Shown here piece after piece: positions 16,026 through 32,000 of a stretch of DNA of 64,000 nt. Origin of the DNA: Flaccisagitta enflata (taxonomy: Eukaryota). The number at the start of each line of letters is the position of its first letter. The first letter of the stretch is position 1. The notes beneath the pieces are model-generated. The model saw only the letters and a list, made by a program, of their open reading frames with translations. It ran no database searches and had not been told where the DNA came from. A program made the translations under genes and the position numbers. The stretch covers positions 17,360,001 to 17,424,000 of the forward strand of contig OZ231126.1 in the NCBI GenBank assembly GCA_965153355.1. The letters are read 5' to 3'.

Positions 16026-16851
16026 ATCGGGAAAAAAGTCGAAGTCAGTCTTCGACTTTTTTACATATTCAAGAGAAACAGGGTTTTCATTTTCTTATTA
16101 GGAAGTTGAGGGTCTCCTAGGGGCGAATGAGCCCTCCAATGAAATTGATAGGGTAAGTAAATTTGATAATTCTGTTTCATTTGGCGCCAAGCAGAATGCT
16201 CTACAACAAATACTTTTCGCGCTATGATTTTTTAAAGATTTATTTACAAAAAATTTGAATAGAATTTTTTTCAATTTTTTACGATTTTGTGTTCGATCAA
16301 TAAAAGAGTGTATTTATGTTTACTTGAGCATGCAAATACAAGAAAATATGTTTATGAGCACAGCTGCTCATCTGTGAGGGTATTTTTGAGCATTTCAGCT
16401 CATTTAAATCACTTAGCTCAGTCTGTTCTTTCTGATTTCAAATATGATAAATGAATGAACTTGTTTAAGCAAGCAAAAAAAAAATCACGTCAGTGAGCAG
16501 GGCTGCTCATCTGTGAGGGCGTTTTCAAATATTCTGGCTCATTTAGCTCATTTAGCTTGCTCTTTTTCTCTGACTTGAAATAGGATAAATAAATGAATGT
16601 TTTGATTTAAGCATGCAAATACAAGAAAGCATATCAGTGAGAAAAGCTGGTTGTCTGGTTGAATCATTTTGATTATTTTAGCTCATCTAGCTCATTTGGC
16701 TCAGTCCTATTTTTCTCTGATTTTCAGTGCAATCAATACATACAATTGCTTTTGATTTGATCTAATAAAATTTCAGTAACTGAAGATAGTGAAAAGTGAC
16801 CAATGCTTATGACTTTTTTCCTCACGGCGACAGCCGCCATTACTGGTACGT
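16026..16851 (+). mobile_element. ~800-bp dispersed repeat (HINE-like), copy 1
   Basis: Colinear with 51019-51820; 5' hairpin aaaaagtcgaag-tcagt-cttcgacttttt and internal gctcatttagctca subrepeats. Confidence 0.85.
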
Positions 16852-17049
16852 TTTGTTTTGTTTTGTTTTGTTTTGTTTTCCTCTTTATATTTGTCACATT
16901 GTTTTTCTTTTCTTTTTTTCATCCATCTGTTCTCTGTGTAGTCGCGGAGCAGTTGCTTCCTTTCCTTTTGCAGGCGGAGAGAATGATGAGATACGGATGG
17001 GATCGTTTCCATAAGCATAGAGAAATAAGATTAAGCCTGAAGTGAACGC

Positions 17050-17397
<348 letters not shown>

Positions 17398-17661
17398 CTA
17401 CGCAGCGACGGCGACGACGATGAATACGACGTTCGTGCCGATGGCGATTGATAACAATCACTGATAAGGGATAAGATAAGATAACGAGAGTTTGTTCTAT
17501 TTTCGACAAAGGCTTTCTTCTACGATTCACTTTGAGTATAGTTTCTCTCCGCAATAACAAAATATTAATCAACAAAAGTAAGTTTCTCTAGTGGGAATTG
17601 TTGGGAGCTGGAGTTGCTGGATATGCCTTTGGTCCCATATAAATTTTGACAGTAAATCTAA

Positions 17662-18436
17662 CACTAGTGCCAACAGGGTGGAAAAAAGTTCAAGTTGAGT
17701 GACCATTACCCCCACCTGGCTTTTAAGGCTCTACTCAATGTGGGGAAGTGTTTTCTAGCCAAAATCAAATCATCCTTCGGGCGCTTTTTGAAAAAAATAA
17801 AAAATTCAAGATTTTTAGCTTGATTTTGCATAAAAAATTTTGCAGGTTGCTCTGACTCATTTTTTGACAGCATATTGTTTATCCTGGTAAAATTCATTTT
17901 TGTTTGAAAGGTCACACTATAGGGTTTTAAAAAGAAATACAATCTTTAGTTGCGGAGACGCAACTCTATAAGAGGCTTTATCCGTCCGTCCGTCCGTCCA
18001 TCCGTCCATCCGTCCATCCGTCGGTAGGTCGGTCTGTCGTTGAGCACGAGTCGAAAAGTGTAAAAACGCGCATTACCGCTCCTGCCCACCCGTCCGCAAC
18101 TGGTGGCCGTGTATCCGGCCTTGTTATATTCTAGGCCAACGTTATGATTTTTGTAACGGTGGCATAAAAAATGAAACTTTTATTTCTTTATAAAACCCTA
18201 TAGTGTGACCTATCAAATTAATAAGAATTTCATGAAGAATAACAATATTTTATCAAAAAATAAGATGGACTAAGCTGCAAATTTTTTTATATTAAATTAT
18301 GTTAAAAATCTTGAATTTTTCATTTTTTTCAAAAAGCGCCCCAAGGATGATTTGAATTTAGCTAGAAAACATTTCCTTACATTGAGTAGAGCAATGGTCA
18401 TTCAATTGACCTTTTTTCCACTCTGGGGCATTAGTG
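17662..18436. mobile_element. Foldback MITE with CAC..GTG ends and CTAA TSD (Chapaev- or piggyBac-like); HINE-like element in its centre
   Basis: Long imperfect inverted arms (tcatccttcgggcgctttttg / caaaaagcgccccaaggatga); ctaa on both flanks. Confidence 0.8.
17944..18125 (+). mobile_element. HINE-like element, type B; other copies at about 18474-18698, 28230-28396, 32102-32315, 13245-14065(-, split)
   Basis: T-run, hairpin AGTTGCG-ga.a-CGCAACT, ctataagaggcttt, (GTCC)n, cccgtccgcaact, end gtatccggccttgtt. Confidence 0.75.
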
Positions 18437-19767
18437 CTAAGTACGACAGTCCTGTACCTTTTCTCTTTTTTTCTTTTTAGTTGCGGACACGCAACTCTAT
18501 AAGAGGCTTTGTCCGTCCGTCGGTTGGTCGGTTGGTTGGTTGGTCAGTCAGTCGGTCCGTGGACACCAGTCGAAAAGTGAGAAAATGAGCGTTTTAGATG
18601 CTTTTTGTGCATGTGAGTGGGGGACTTATGGTGTGGATTGAGGTTGGCTGCCCCTACCCACCCGTCTGCAACTGATGGCCGTGTATCCGGCCTTGTTTTC
18701 CTTTTCTTTCTTTTGCCTTTTTTTTCTTTTTTTTTTTACGAGCTCAGTTACGTGTTTTGCCCCCAATTCTCTTGTCCCAAAATTTTGTATTGTCACCAAA
18801 TCTTTTGAAAATAGCAACTAACTGTTTTCTGTTTGCGGCCATGCATCTTTAAAAGAGCTCATAAGTCTGTCAGTCCATCTGTCAGAAGGAAAATTGTGTT
18901 TTATCCATGGGGTACTTCAAATTTGAATTCTCGTGTTTTTTAAATTGAAATGATATGAAAAAGCCAGATGAATGGAATTTCACGTCACCATAAAACAAGT
19001 GCAAAAACTTTTACATGTTGAGAGAAATATTGATTTGCTTTCTTAGATTAGTTTTTGCATCTCTATAAATGGAGAGGACATCGTTAGCCTTTTGTTTTTT
19101 TCCAAAACGCCGGCAAACTCCATCTCAAATCCTTAAAATCTGAGACCGTAACTCGTCATTGGGTTTGCTTGGCTCTGGGTTAGACCATGAACTCGCGGTT
19201 ACATTTTTCTGTCACTAAACATGCGTCAGATTCTCGAATCGATGTCATCTTTGTTCTTAGCTTTGTTCTTGGCCTTATTCTTTGCCTTGTTAATGAGCGA
19301 AATCCTCAATTCTGAGATTTTCGAGGCTGGATGTTTGCAAGCCCCAGAAACTAGAGCTGTGATTGGCTATTGCAAAATGACATGATCGCTCATTGGCTGG
19401 CATATCATATGTTTGTGAGAATCACAAGTAGTTACGTAAAATGTGGGGAATTGTGGCAGCCAATAGCATCGTTATAAAGTTACAAACAGCTAATCAGGAA
19501 ATTATGATTGGTATCGGAAGGTTACGTCACTAACTGGTTGACTGTTTTTGTATCAAGAGCAGCTGAGATATTGTTACCTTTCCAAGCAATGAGAAAACCG
19601 TTTCTTTAGTTGAGGGATAATTCGAGTTGGGATTTTCCCATGCAATGTGATTTATGACAAAACCGTTGAGTCCAAAGACTTCAAGAAGCACTAGAAATCA
19701 TGATAGTTCAAAATGGCCAATCCTCACTACTATAAAAGAGTTCATTGGTCCATTCATGTCTTTAGAC

Positions 19768-21542
<1,775 letters not shown>

Positions 21543-22184
21543 CTTTAGACTGTAATGATGAATGTCCTTTTGTGTGAAGCTCCGTAGCGCTTCAGATCAA
21601 ATATCCAGCTTAACCCTTTCGCTTTTGACAATACAAAATTGCCATAACCGCCTTGTATTTAGTCACGTGTACCCAATTCTATAATTCGCCCTCTCTATTT
21701 GTCCATCAGTCGGTTCATTGATTTCGCCACCCATCCATGTAAAACAATTCACCTGTTTGCCATTTACAGGCGGTTTTTGCATCTCTACCCCTGCCCAAAT
21801 GCTTTAGAGGCCCTTTCTGTCACCACCCATGCCCAGTGCCCCCCAGCAGCCGGCCAAGGTAGCCGCGTATAAGACCTTGTCTATTGATGAAAAACGTTAA
21901 AGGGAGAATCTATTGTCTCATTGATGTAGACTTTGCGCTTACTGGCATCCATGCCAGTTTTGCTGCATATCTATTTAATCAATCAAACTGATTAAATTTA
22001 TTCTTCCCTGACAAGATAAGAGAAGATATGTCGATCGAGATTATTTCTGAGGAGATATGAGACTGAAAATTCATGTATCATACTCAGTAATTTCTAGGTT
22101 GGGCAGGGGAGTTACTAAAAAAATGCCTGTACATGATCTTGAGTGTAGTAACTTGACTCATTAATAAAAAAGTAAGGGCCTTTA

Positions 22185-22769
22185 ACAGGATGTGCAAAAT
22201 TATCCGCACATAGCACTTTATTGTCTCAAAAACCATAGAAGATAAAGATTTATGAAAGCATGAGAGGTAAGTATGAAAAAGTTTACTATTTAGTAATCAA
22301 AACTAGAATTCATATAGTCAGTAATGAAACTTTTTAGGTTTATTCTACTGTGATAATGAGTTCCTTAAAATATATTTTATCACAATAATCTGAAATTCTG
22401 TTGTTAGTTTTTCTTGCTCTTTAGGCTTAGTTTATTTGCTTTAGTGAGCTCAATTCATGTTGATATAATTAACCTCCCTCAGCATAATGTGTGCCAAGCA
22501 AAAATATTATTATTAAGTAGTCACAAGTACAAGAATCTACGATATTGTTACCTATTTTGCCTATGAAATAAAATCATGTCAAAATCAAAATCTTTGCTTC
22601 AAATCATTTGACTACCATAGTGACAGAGGGTACAGAAAATACCTACAATCACTTTTAGCTTCTAGTATGACTAACTGGGATAGTCTGGTCCAAATTTCAT
22701 GATGCTGGGTCACTTTTAAGTACAGTTTTCGTTTTATAAAGCAATTGCGGATAATTTTGCACACCCTGT
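22185..22769. mobile_element. TA-flanked MITE
   Basis: acaggatgtgcaaaattatccgca / tgcggataattttgcacaccctgt. Confidence 0.8.
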
Positions 22770-25700
22770 TATAAAACAGTAAAAAGACAGAATAACCCAC
22801 AATTCAAAAATGTTACGGACCGACCGACGGACCAACTGACAGACCTACCAACAGTTTGACCGACGGCCGACTGATACAGAGTCGCGATATGTTGCACAAA
22901 AATACTAAGACATGTGTTTGACAAACATAGTGATAGATAAAACAGATGATGCAATAGATTTGGCAAAAAGATAGGGTAGCAACATCTAGGAGGAATCATG
23001 CCGCTCTGCTCTTTAGTTCTTCAAGTGTTGCTTCCCAGTGCATGCAGTAAGTCAGTGACCGGTTCCCACTCAAGCTTAGTTAATAGTTATACTCTTAGTT
23101 TTACTCTCAGTCACGACTCTCAGTTTGTGACGCTCATCTCTTTCAACAACGAAGATGACTTTAATCGCGTAGATCAGTCGGCGAAATATGAAGATTGAAG
23201 AACTTTTGATGCTTTTTCAGACGAGCACATGAGCTGATCATCTGATGTGCAACTTTCTACCTCCATGAGAAGCTTTTCATATTCTGGTCATGTATCAAGG
23301 TTTCAAAAACTTGATTGCAAAATGCAAAATCATGAAGACGGGCATTTTGCAGTCCAATGTCAACGATTTTTTCCCTGCTTTGTCTGATTGTGCAGGAGAA
23401 AGAGGGGTAGCTGACCAGAGAGGGAAGAGGACCTGTACAACACAGAGGGCTGATGGGGCACCAAAGGAGTTTGATCGAGTTTGGAAGCTATTGATGGTAA
23501 GGTCTCAGGAGGCTGCTTGAAGACTGATTCTAAGCCTCAGAGAACTTATTCGAAACCTAAGAAGCCCAATGACATGATGTGGTAAGCAATACTCTTTGTC
23601 CTGCTTTGAATGATTATGATTTTGAGCGCAACAAATAAGGGCAATGGCCTCAAAGGACTGACTTGTGGCCTAAAAGGGTTGATAAGAGAACAAAGAGGTA
23701 TGAGAGTTCTGAGATGACATAGTTTAGGCCTGCAGGGGCTAATTTGAGGCACAATTGTAAGCTAAAGAGAGCACATTTTGGAATTGAAAGAGTTGATCTG
23801 CTTACAGGGGTTGATTTGAAGCTTGAGAGGTCTGATTTGATTGAGGCTTGAGAAGGCATATTTGAGGCTTGAAAAGGCTGAGGGAAGCAGGGAAAGTACA
23901 CAAATGAGTAACAGTTAAACAAAGGTTCCCCTGTGTTCTTGAGTACTTTGTCTCCCACTGGGCCACGGGCAACTGCCCTAAAGCCGGCTTGAGGCCTGAG
24001 ATTGAAGTATAAAAGATTAAACACTGCATGAAAGATGAGTTCAGGCCTAAGATGGCTGATTTGAGTTCGGGAGAGCTTATTTGAGGACTGAGAGGGCTAA
24101 TTTCAGACCTGAAAGTATTGATTAGAGTTCCAATGAGAGGGCTCATATGGGATGTATGGATGAATGAATTGTACAGTAAAAGGGTTATCATGTCATATTT
24201 CTTCCTATGTTGAATTTCACTTCGAACCCACTCTGTATTTCTAGCTTCACTAATCCATTTTCATGCGACATAATGGAGAACTAAAAAAGAAACTAAAAGT
24301 CAAAAGATATAAACCAAAACCTTGCAGAAGAAAATTGTCATTTGTTTGCCAGCACTTCTGTCTTTTGTGGAAGAGGACTTCCCAGCGAGGGAACAAAAAA
24401 AAAAAGACTAACTACTCCGTCCTTCTTAACTCTTTTTATGAATTTTCTTATTGGTCCGTGAAAAGGATAGTGTCTTTAATTTTAGTATAGTGGTAAGTTA
24501 AAAACGGTGCAGCCTCACTGTAGCACATCCGCTATTAAGGAATATTAGTCTATTGTAGTTTTTTTTTTGTTCTGGCAATGTAGCTATACATTGTTTACAA
24601 TGGTCTCCAGTCATACCATCTAGCTAATAAGTTTATCACCGTCTTAAAAGAAGCATCAACTCTAAAAGAGTATTGTGCCCAAAAGCATGAAGATAGAATT
24701 ACCAGATTGGTTGTATTTTAAAGAATGAAACAAATTTTCAAAATTGAACCAACTGGTAATTGTAGCTTCATTCTCTAAAGAGCAACACTCTTTCAAAGTT
24801 AATGCCTCTTTTCAGATGGTGATATATTTATTAGATAGATAGTAAGATAAGGAAACATTTTTCACCATTTTATCGTTCGACATTTTTCCTTTTTTTGCTG
24901 TCTAAAAGCGTCAAAAAGCTGTCTAAAAGCACTGGACTAAAGATTTCAGGGCTGCTTCTTCAAATGTGTGTCTCCATGGGTGTAGCAGTATCAACTCCTG
25001 TTCGTTTCCTTTTTATTTATACTCATTTATCCATTTTTTTGCTATTATTGTATGTGTACTCCATTACAATCCCCATTCATCGAAAACTGTACAGCATAAA
25101 AGGTAAAAAACACAAAATTGAGTTTGAATCTGACAAGCTAGGCTACGAGTGAGAAAGATGAGAAAGTAAAATTCTTGATTTTGGTAGTACGCGCATGCAT
25201 ATATATAGAAAGAAATCCACTTAGTGATTCGATAAGCTTTGGCTTACCATTATTTACAGGGAATACCCCGCAAAGTGACACCAAAGAAAACATCATATTT
25301 CACCTTCTAGAAATGATAATTCAACTCTAAAAAAAATTCCAGAAAGCATTTATGAACCGATTTTATGTGATACAAAGTAAATGAGCACATGTTCAAAACT
25401 CTGACTCTACTGTAGCATTGACAGTAACTTTGAAGTTGGCGAGGCATGCCTTTTCTGGTTTTGGAGTTTTGGAGTGGTAATGCTAATTTTGATGAAATTT
25501 CACAATTTGTTGATAAATGGCAGTGAAGGAGAATGCAACCCTCCATGGTTAAAAAAGAGCAATGATAAAAAATTGAGGAGATTTCACCAATTCCATATAG
25601 GTTATTTTCTCAAAACCCAATTTGTCAGACTAGATCAAACAAAATCGTTTTAAAAAATCTTCAAGGAACTTTTTTCAAAATTGAATTTTCATTCCCAGAA

Positions 25701-25783
25701 GCTGAAATATGTTTTTTTGGTGTCACTTTGCAGGGTAGTCCCTGTAGCTGTAAGACAGAACCAGTCAAAAGGAGAGAGAAAGT

Positions 25784-25945
<162 letters not shown>

Positions 25946-25971
25946 CAGGCACGCACGCACGCACGCAGGCA

Positions 25972-26096
<125 letters not shown>

Positions 26097-26125
26097 CTCA
26101 AAATACGAAATTCAGAATTGTTACT

Positions 26126-28769
26126 CTAAACAGGCGCTTGGAATTCGCAAATGAATGGATGAGTTTTGTTTGCATCTACGTCGTCCCAACCATTTTTGTA
26201 CAGAAGAATTCCGTCGTTGTCCGTGTCGCAATCTTTTATGGTACCGTCACGATCAGATGACGGAACTGAGTCGTTGAATGGGATTTGACCTTTATGAGTG
26301 TCCCAGAAGTAAAAGCTTCCTCCAGATCTTTTCTCACATCTCGCACCAACCCAATGATAGGTACTTTTGAGCTGGGGCTGAAAAGGACATATGAGACAAA
26401 ATCGGATGATATAAATAAGTGCAGTGGAACCCCGCCTCGACAACAACGCCTCTAACAGTGCCCCGCCCTTAAAGGGCAAGATACTTAAGTCCCAAAATCA
26501 TTTTGGCTTTTGTAACGTTTCAATCCCCCTAGATAACAGACCCTGTATTAAGCGCGACCCGCCTTTTAGGTCAAATTCTATGGGCCAAATTTAATGGGCC
26601 CTCTAAGTGATTTTTATGACGTTTTATGACAGAATGCAATAATGAAAAAGGTTGCCGAAATATTCACGAAAAGATTGCTTAAAAATCTGTGAGATATTTT
26701 TTCATATGATGATAATATAAGGAATTTATTTAGTTTCATTAAATATTACAGTGTCCCTCTTTAACGGTTAGACACACAGAATCCCCACGGATTCTACAGG
26801 ATTTTGTCCTAGTCACTAGTGCTGAATCAGTAATGTTGAGAAAAATGAGATGGTTGGTAAGCCCTTCAAAATATCTATCATTTTAGTCGTGACTGAAGAT
26901 TCTAGTTGAATCGGTTTAAAAGTTAGAGCGAGTTGAATAAGACCAATCAACAATCATTGTAGGAGCCAAAAAGGCCACGAGGTTACCAACTGTGTAAGTT
27001 GGGATAAGCCTACAGGGCATTCAATCTCATTTGACACGAAAGGGACCTTTATTATGCTAAAACTATTTGACTTTTCAGTTGGATTTTTTTTCTCATAAAA
27101 GCACTATGTATGACGTTTTTTGTATCAAATTTTCAAAGGAGTGGGTCTTGAAATTCAGCAGAAATCCATGTTTGAAGTTATGCAGTAAATTTTTTTCAAA
27201 AATGGTTTTCTTGCAAATTTTTACTAAAAAAATGCACAAAATTCTACGTGTTTCTCCAGATGCTAGATTAGAGTCAAGTGATAAATGCTAAGACCCCAAT
27301 ATTAGAAATAGCCAGGTTTTATCACATAACAGTGAACTTTAGGCAAATACTAGTAAAATTTTGATAAAAATCTTACAAAAACTTTATCAAAGATAGTTTT
27401 TTTTTCCAATTAAAAGGTAAGTGGTTGATCATGATGAAATTTCTTAGAATTGTTTTTCTCAGATACAAAAACTATATGAAATTATCTGCCATTCCAGACC
27501 AATCTCACATCTGTAGCTCAAGGCGTTTAGAAATGAGAGCAATTAATAGATGAAAGGTCAGAACCTAAAAGTCAAATAAAACCTCCCATCTCATCATGAC
27601 ATCTTACACTTTAAAATGGGTTATCTCCTAAAATAGTTGACCCAGTACCATGAAATTTAGACACAAAAAACGTCATATGAAGTTCTTTCAGGATAAAAAA
27701 AAAAATCAAACTGAAAAGTTGATTCGTTTTTGCACAGCATAGGTTCTTTTTGTGTCAAATGAGATTGAAGACCCTGTAGGTAGAGTTTACCTATACGCTT
27801 TTTTATACGCCACCTCTGACGGAAGTGGCAGATGAGACGCAAAAACGTATTTGGCGCTACAATGAGTTTCCCATTGGCGTTTTTCAGGTTTTTCACTTAG
27901 CATTAAGGGAGTTGTAAGATTAAGGGAATTCATGGTGGATTTTTGGTGATCATTTTGGTAATTTAGTAGAAATTTCCAGAATTTCTTTTGCTAGCATCAA
28001 AGAATTATTTTCATTCCTTTTTTCAATTTATTTTTGTTATTTTGATCAGTTTTCATATTTCATGACTCACTTTTCACTTTTCATTTTTCATTTTTCATTT
28101 TTCATTTTTCATTTTTCATTTTTCATTTTTCATTTTTCATTTTTCATTTTTCATTTTTCATTTTTCACTTTAAACTACACTTTTTACTTTACATTTTATA
28201 TTTTTCACTTTTCACTTTTTTATTTTCATTTTTTAGTTGCGGATACGCAACTCTATAAGAGGCTTTGTCCGTCCGTCCGTCCGTCCGTCCGTCCGTTGGT
28301 TGGTTGGTCCGTTGGTGAGCACGAGTCGAAAAGAGAACGCGCATTTCCGCCCCTGCCCACCTGTCCACAACTGGTGGCCGTGTATCTGGCCTTGTTATTT
28401 TTGATGTTTCATTTTCAATTTTTTTTTTTTCTGTTTTCATTTTCATATTTGATTCAATATTTTTTATAATTTTTTTTCTTATCAAAATACCATACTTTTA
28501 ATAATTCTGTTGTCACTTTTTTCAACTTTTTCATGTATATTCAATGTTTTTTACTCATATTTTTTTAATCAAATTCTTTGTTATTATCTCATTTACTGTA
28601 TTTTATAGTTATACATATTTCACCAATTGATTTGTTCTGTTAAAACAGAAAATAAAGTAATATAAATGATCAATGATTCTCCCTCATGCTTATATCAAAT
28701 TTGTATCATCCTAAAAGAAATTCTGAAATGAATCCACAATCAAGTTCTTCTTGTCTATGTCTGTTTGTG

Positions 28770-28814
<45 letters not shown>

Positions 28815-28964
28815 ACAACAAAGAAAGGACAGGACCCATAAAGGAGACTGAGTGGCAAGAAAAAATCAAATGACCAATCATTTTTTCATGAATTGTCCTT
28901 CATTCTGTCCAAGTCTCGATCTTGGTCTGGGTCTATCTGTCTTACTCTCTTCTCTTCCTCTCAC

Positions 28965-29003
<39 letters not shown>

Positions 29004-32000
29004 CTCTCTCTTCCTGTGACAAACAGAGATAGCACGTCGATGGCCATGCTTTTAATAATCTTACTCCATAACTTAACTATCCATAACCATGCTTTGCTCA
29101 AGTATTTTGTTTAAGAGTCAACAATGCATCACAGGCGCTGGAAAACTCATTTTATCTTAGAAAATAGTAGTAATTGTAATACTACTATAAAAAAAAAAAC
29201 GTTAAAAAGCGTTTTTCGGGCTAAAAACTCCACTTATACGCAACCTACTATGCATATAATCTCAATTATACTTCCGTTATATGCCACTAGATGATTTTGT
29301 TTGAAACTCCAAACTCTACCTGTAGGTACTGAATTACTTGAGTAGGGGTTCGAACTGTCCTTTGACCATCGGGATTTTTATCATGAAAACGTTAGCTTTC
29401 CCACTTCCTCCAATTGTTCAGGATTCTTTTTTCCAGATTGTTGAAAAAGTATGAAAGTTATAGTTACCAGGTGTCTAAGGTAGATTTCTTCAGACGTTTG
29501 TTCTATGATGACCAACCGTGCTCCGCCTTGAATACATAGATCCTGTGCTTGCTTCCACGTCTTGCTGTTTTCATTTATGGTGTACCTAAGGCTTCCGCTG
29601 AGAATGATGCCTAAAGAAAAGATCGAAGCCATGTTTCGAATTTGTTCAGTAGATCTCGTCTAGACTTAAGTTAAGATAATGGAGGTAAGCTTAATGTAAA
29701 AAAAAAAAAAAAAAAAAAAAAAACAACAACAGGGGCATGGTATTTGGAATAAAGATTAATAATGAAATATTTCATTCGCCATAATGGCCGGTTACCGATG
29801 TGTCACTTTTTAGTGGCGTGCACGCGACTCTACAACCCACTCTGTCTGTCGGTCGGTCGGTAACGCTTAGCTTTTTTTGTCATTTTACGCTATTTTACGT
29901 CATTTTAAGTCAATTTAAATTATTTTAAATTATTTAAATTATTTAAATTATTTAAATTATTTAAATTATTTAAATTATTTAAATTATTTAAATTATTTTA
30001 AATCATTTTAAGTTTAAATATTTAAAGTTAATTTACATTTACTCTTTGAGCTTTTGGTTTTTTGGTCTTTTAGTCTCTTAGTCTTTTAGTCTATGTTCTT
30101 AACAACCGCACGCGACTGTAAGGTGTTGGCCTTGTTGACAGCATGTCTCAATGGGTGTAAAGAAGAAGCATGAAATTTTCGTCAAAGAGAGATGGAGTAG
30201 GGTTCTTGTACTACGCGAATTAAAAAAAAAACGCAAGTTTTTCTTTAGCACATTTTGGCGCCTTTGGTTCAATCAGGACATGATTTATCGGTGACTAAAT
30301 TGAAGACTTTTTCGAGGGCTTTCTTTTGAGCGCAATCTCACATCTGTAGCTTTTCTCGTTTAGAATTTATACTCAAATGATGGTGCATAACACAAAATTT
30401 CTAGATGCAAAAAGAGGAAAAAAAAAGGTTGTTTCAGGGCGAAGATGATGGAGTAATCGCATTGCCTTGAGCAATCAGGCATTGTTCTACTCATGCTGTC
30501 TGCTTTCATAGTTCTTATATTTGAGTTCCTCAATGTTTGTGATGAAAAATGAAGCACCGACTGTGATTGATTATGAAAAATCCTTAAAAATCATTACGGA
30601 TTTATCTGAAAATCAAAGGTGAAAATTTTCTAAAATACATGCCACTTTTGTAGGCTATTTCTCTGACTCAACTTGATCCTGATGGCTAAAATTCTTAGAT
30701 ATGATGCATGGTAGCTCAAATAAACCAAACCAGCTCATTTAATGCTGCTCAGAAGAAAAAAATAGTCCAATTCAACCACACTTATGAAAAATTAATCATG
30801 CTTTTTCTATCAATTCGATCAGCCTTTAAAGAGGAGGTTTGAATACAAAGAAACTAAGGGGAAAAATGGGATTTTTTTGCAACTTAACATCGCGCGACTT
30901 TATAACCCGCTCCACTGTGTGCTGCATTGTGCGCTAGGTGGCTCATTGGGGATTAACATTACATCTTTAACTATTACATTGTTGGTTATGAAATATACAG
31001 AGTGAAAAACATTTTTCCGCATATTTTCAGATGTTATGAAATTATTCATATCCAATATTGACTCATTTTTATTGGATCAAAAGCTTTATGAGCTTAGAGT
31101 ACAAAAAAAGACAAATTTGAGAAAATAAAGTGAAAAATACTGCTAAACTATTCTGCATTTAATATTTAAATTATCTTATGTTTTGACTAAATCAAATTTT
31201 AAATTTTAAATTTTTGTCTTTGTTCAATAAGATTCCTTTATAAGGTGCTCAAAAAAAAAATCATTTTTTTGCTCATTTAGCACATTTTGCTCATTTTTCT
31301 TCCAATCAAATATATATTTTTACTTTTATCCACATTATTACTTGTCCATTTTAGGCCAAGAAAATAGCAATTTGGACGTTGAAGGCCCGCTTGAGCCATA
31401 GCATTCTGGATTCGGGACCCCTTGAACTACATTTTGGCATAGGTGGCTCATTGTGCGTCCTTGTGCGATTTTTTATGTTTATAGGGTAATAAAAGCATGC
31501 AAATTAGGTCAAATAAGTAGTAATAGTAGACTAATTTAATAGTGCTAAAAATGTAAAAAAAAATTATTTTTTTCAATTTTTCCATACATTTAAACATTAA
31601 TGAAGGAATCCAATCCAATTTTGAAGATATCATGAGCTTTTTGTAATTTTAACAGATAATCCAAAAATTCATTGATTTTTCTTGAAATTTAGCATTTTTT
31701 GTAGTAATGTCCATTTAAGCCGCCTTTTTTCACTCTAAATTGCCATAAAACCTGTCATATGGACCGGTAGTATATGCTCAAATGCTACCATGACCATTCT
31801 ACTTAGTTTGAGCCATGAAGCAGAGATGAAAATTTTCACCTAAATACCCAAGGAGCCATCTAGCGCAATCCGTGGCCCTTAGTGCGCTCTGTCGGTCGGT
31901 CGGTCTGTAACACTCTGCTTTTCCAGCATGTAAGAGCGATTTTGCAGTACCGCTCCTGCCCAAATGCTTGGTTATCGTTTATTATCATTTATCACTGCCC

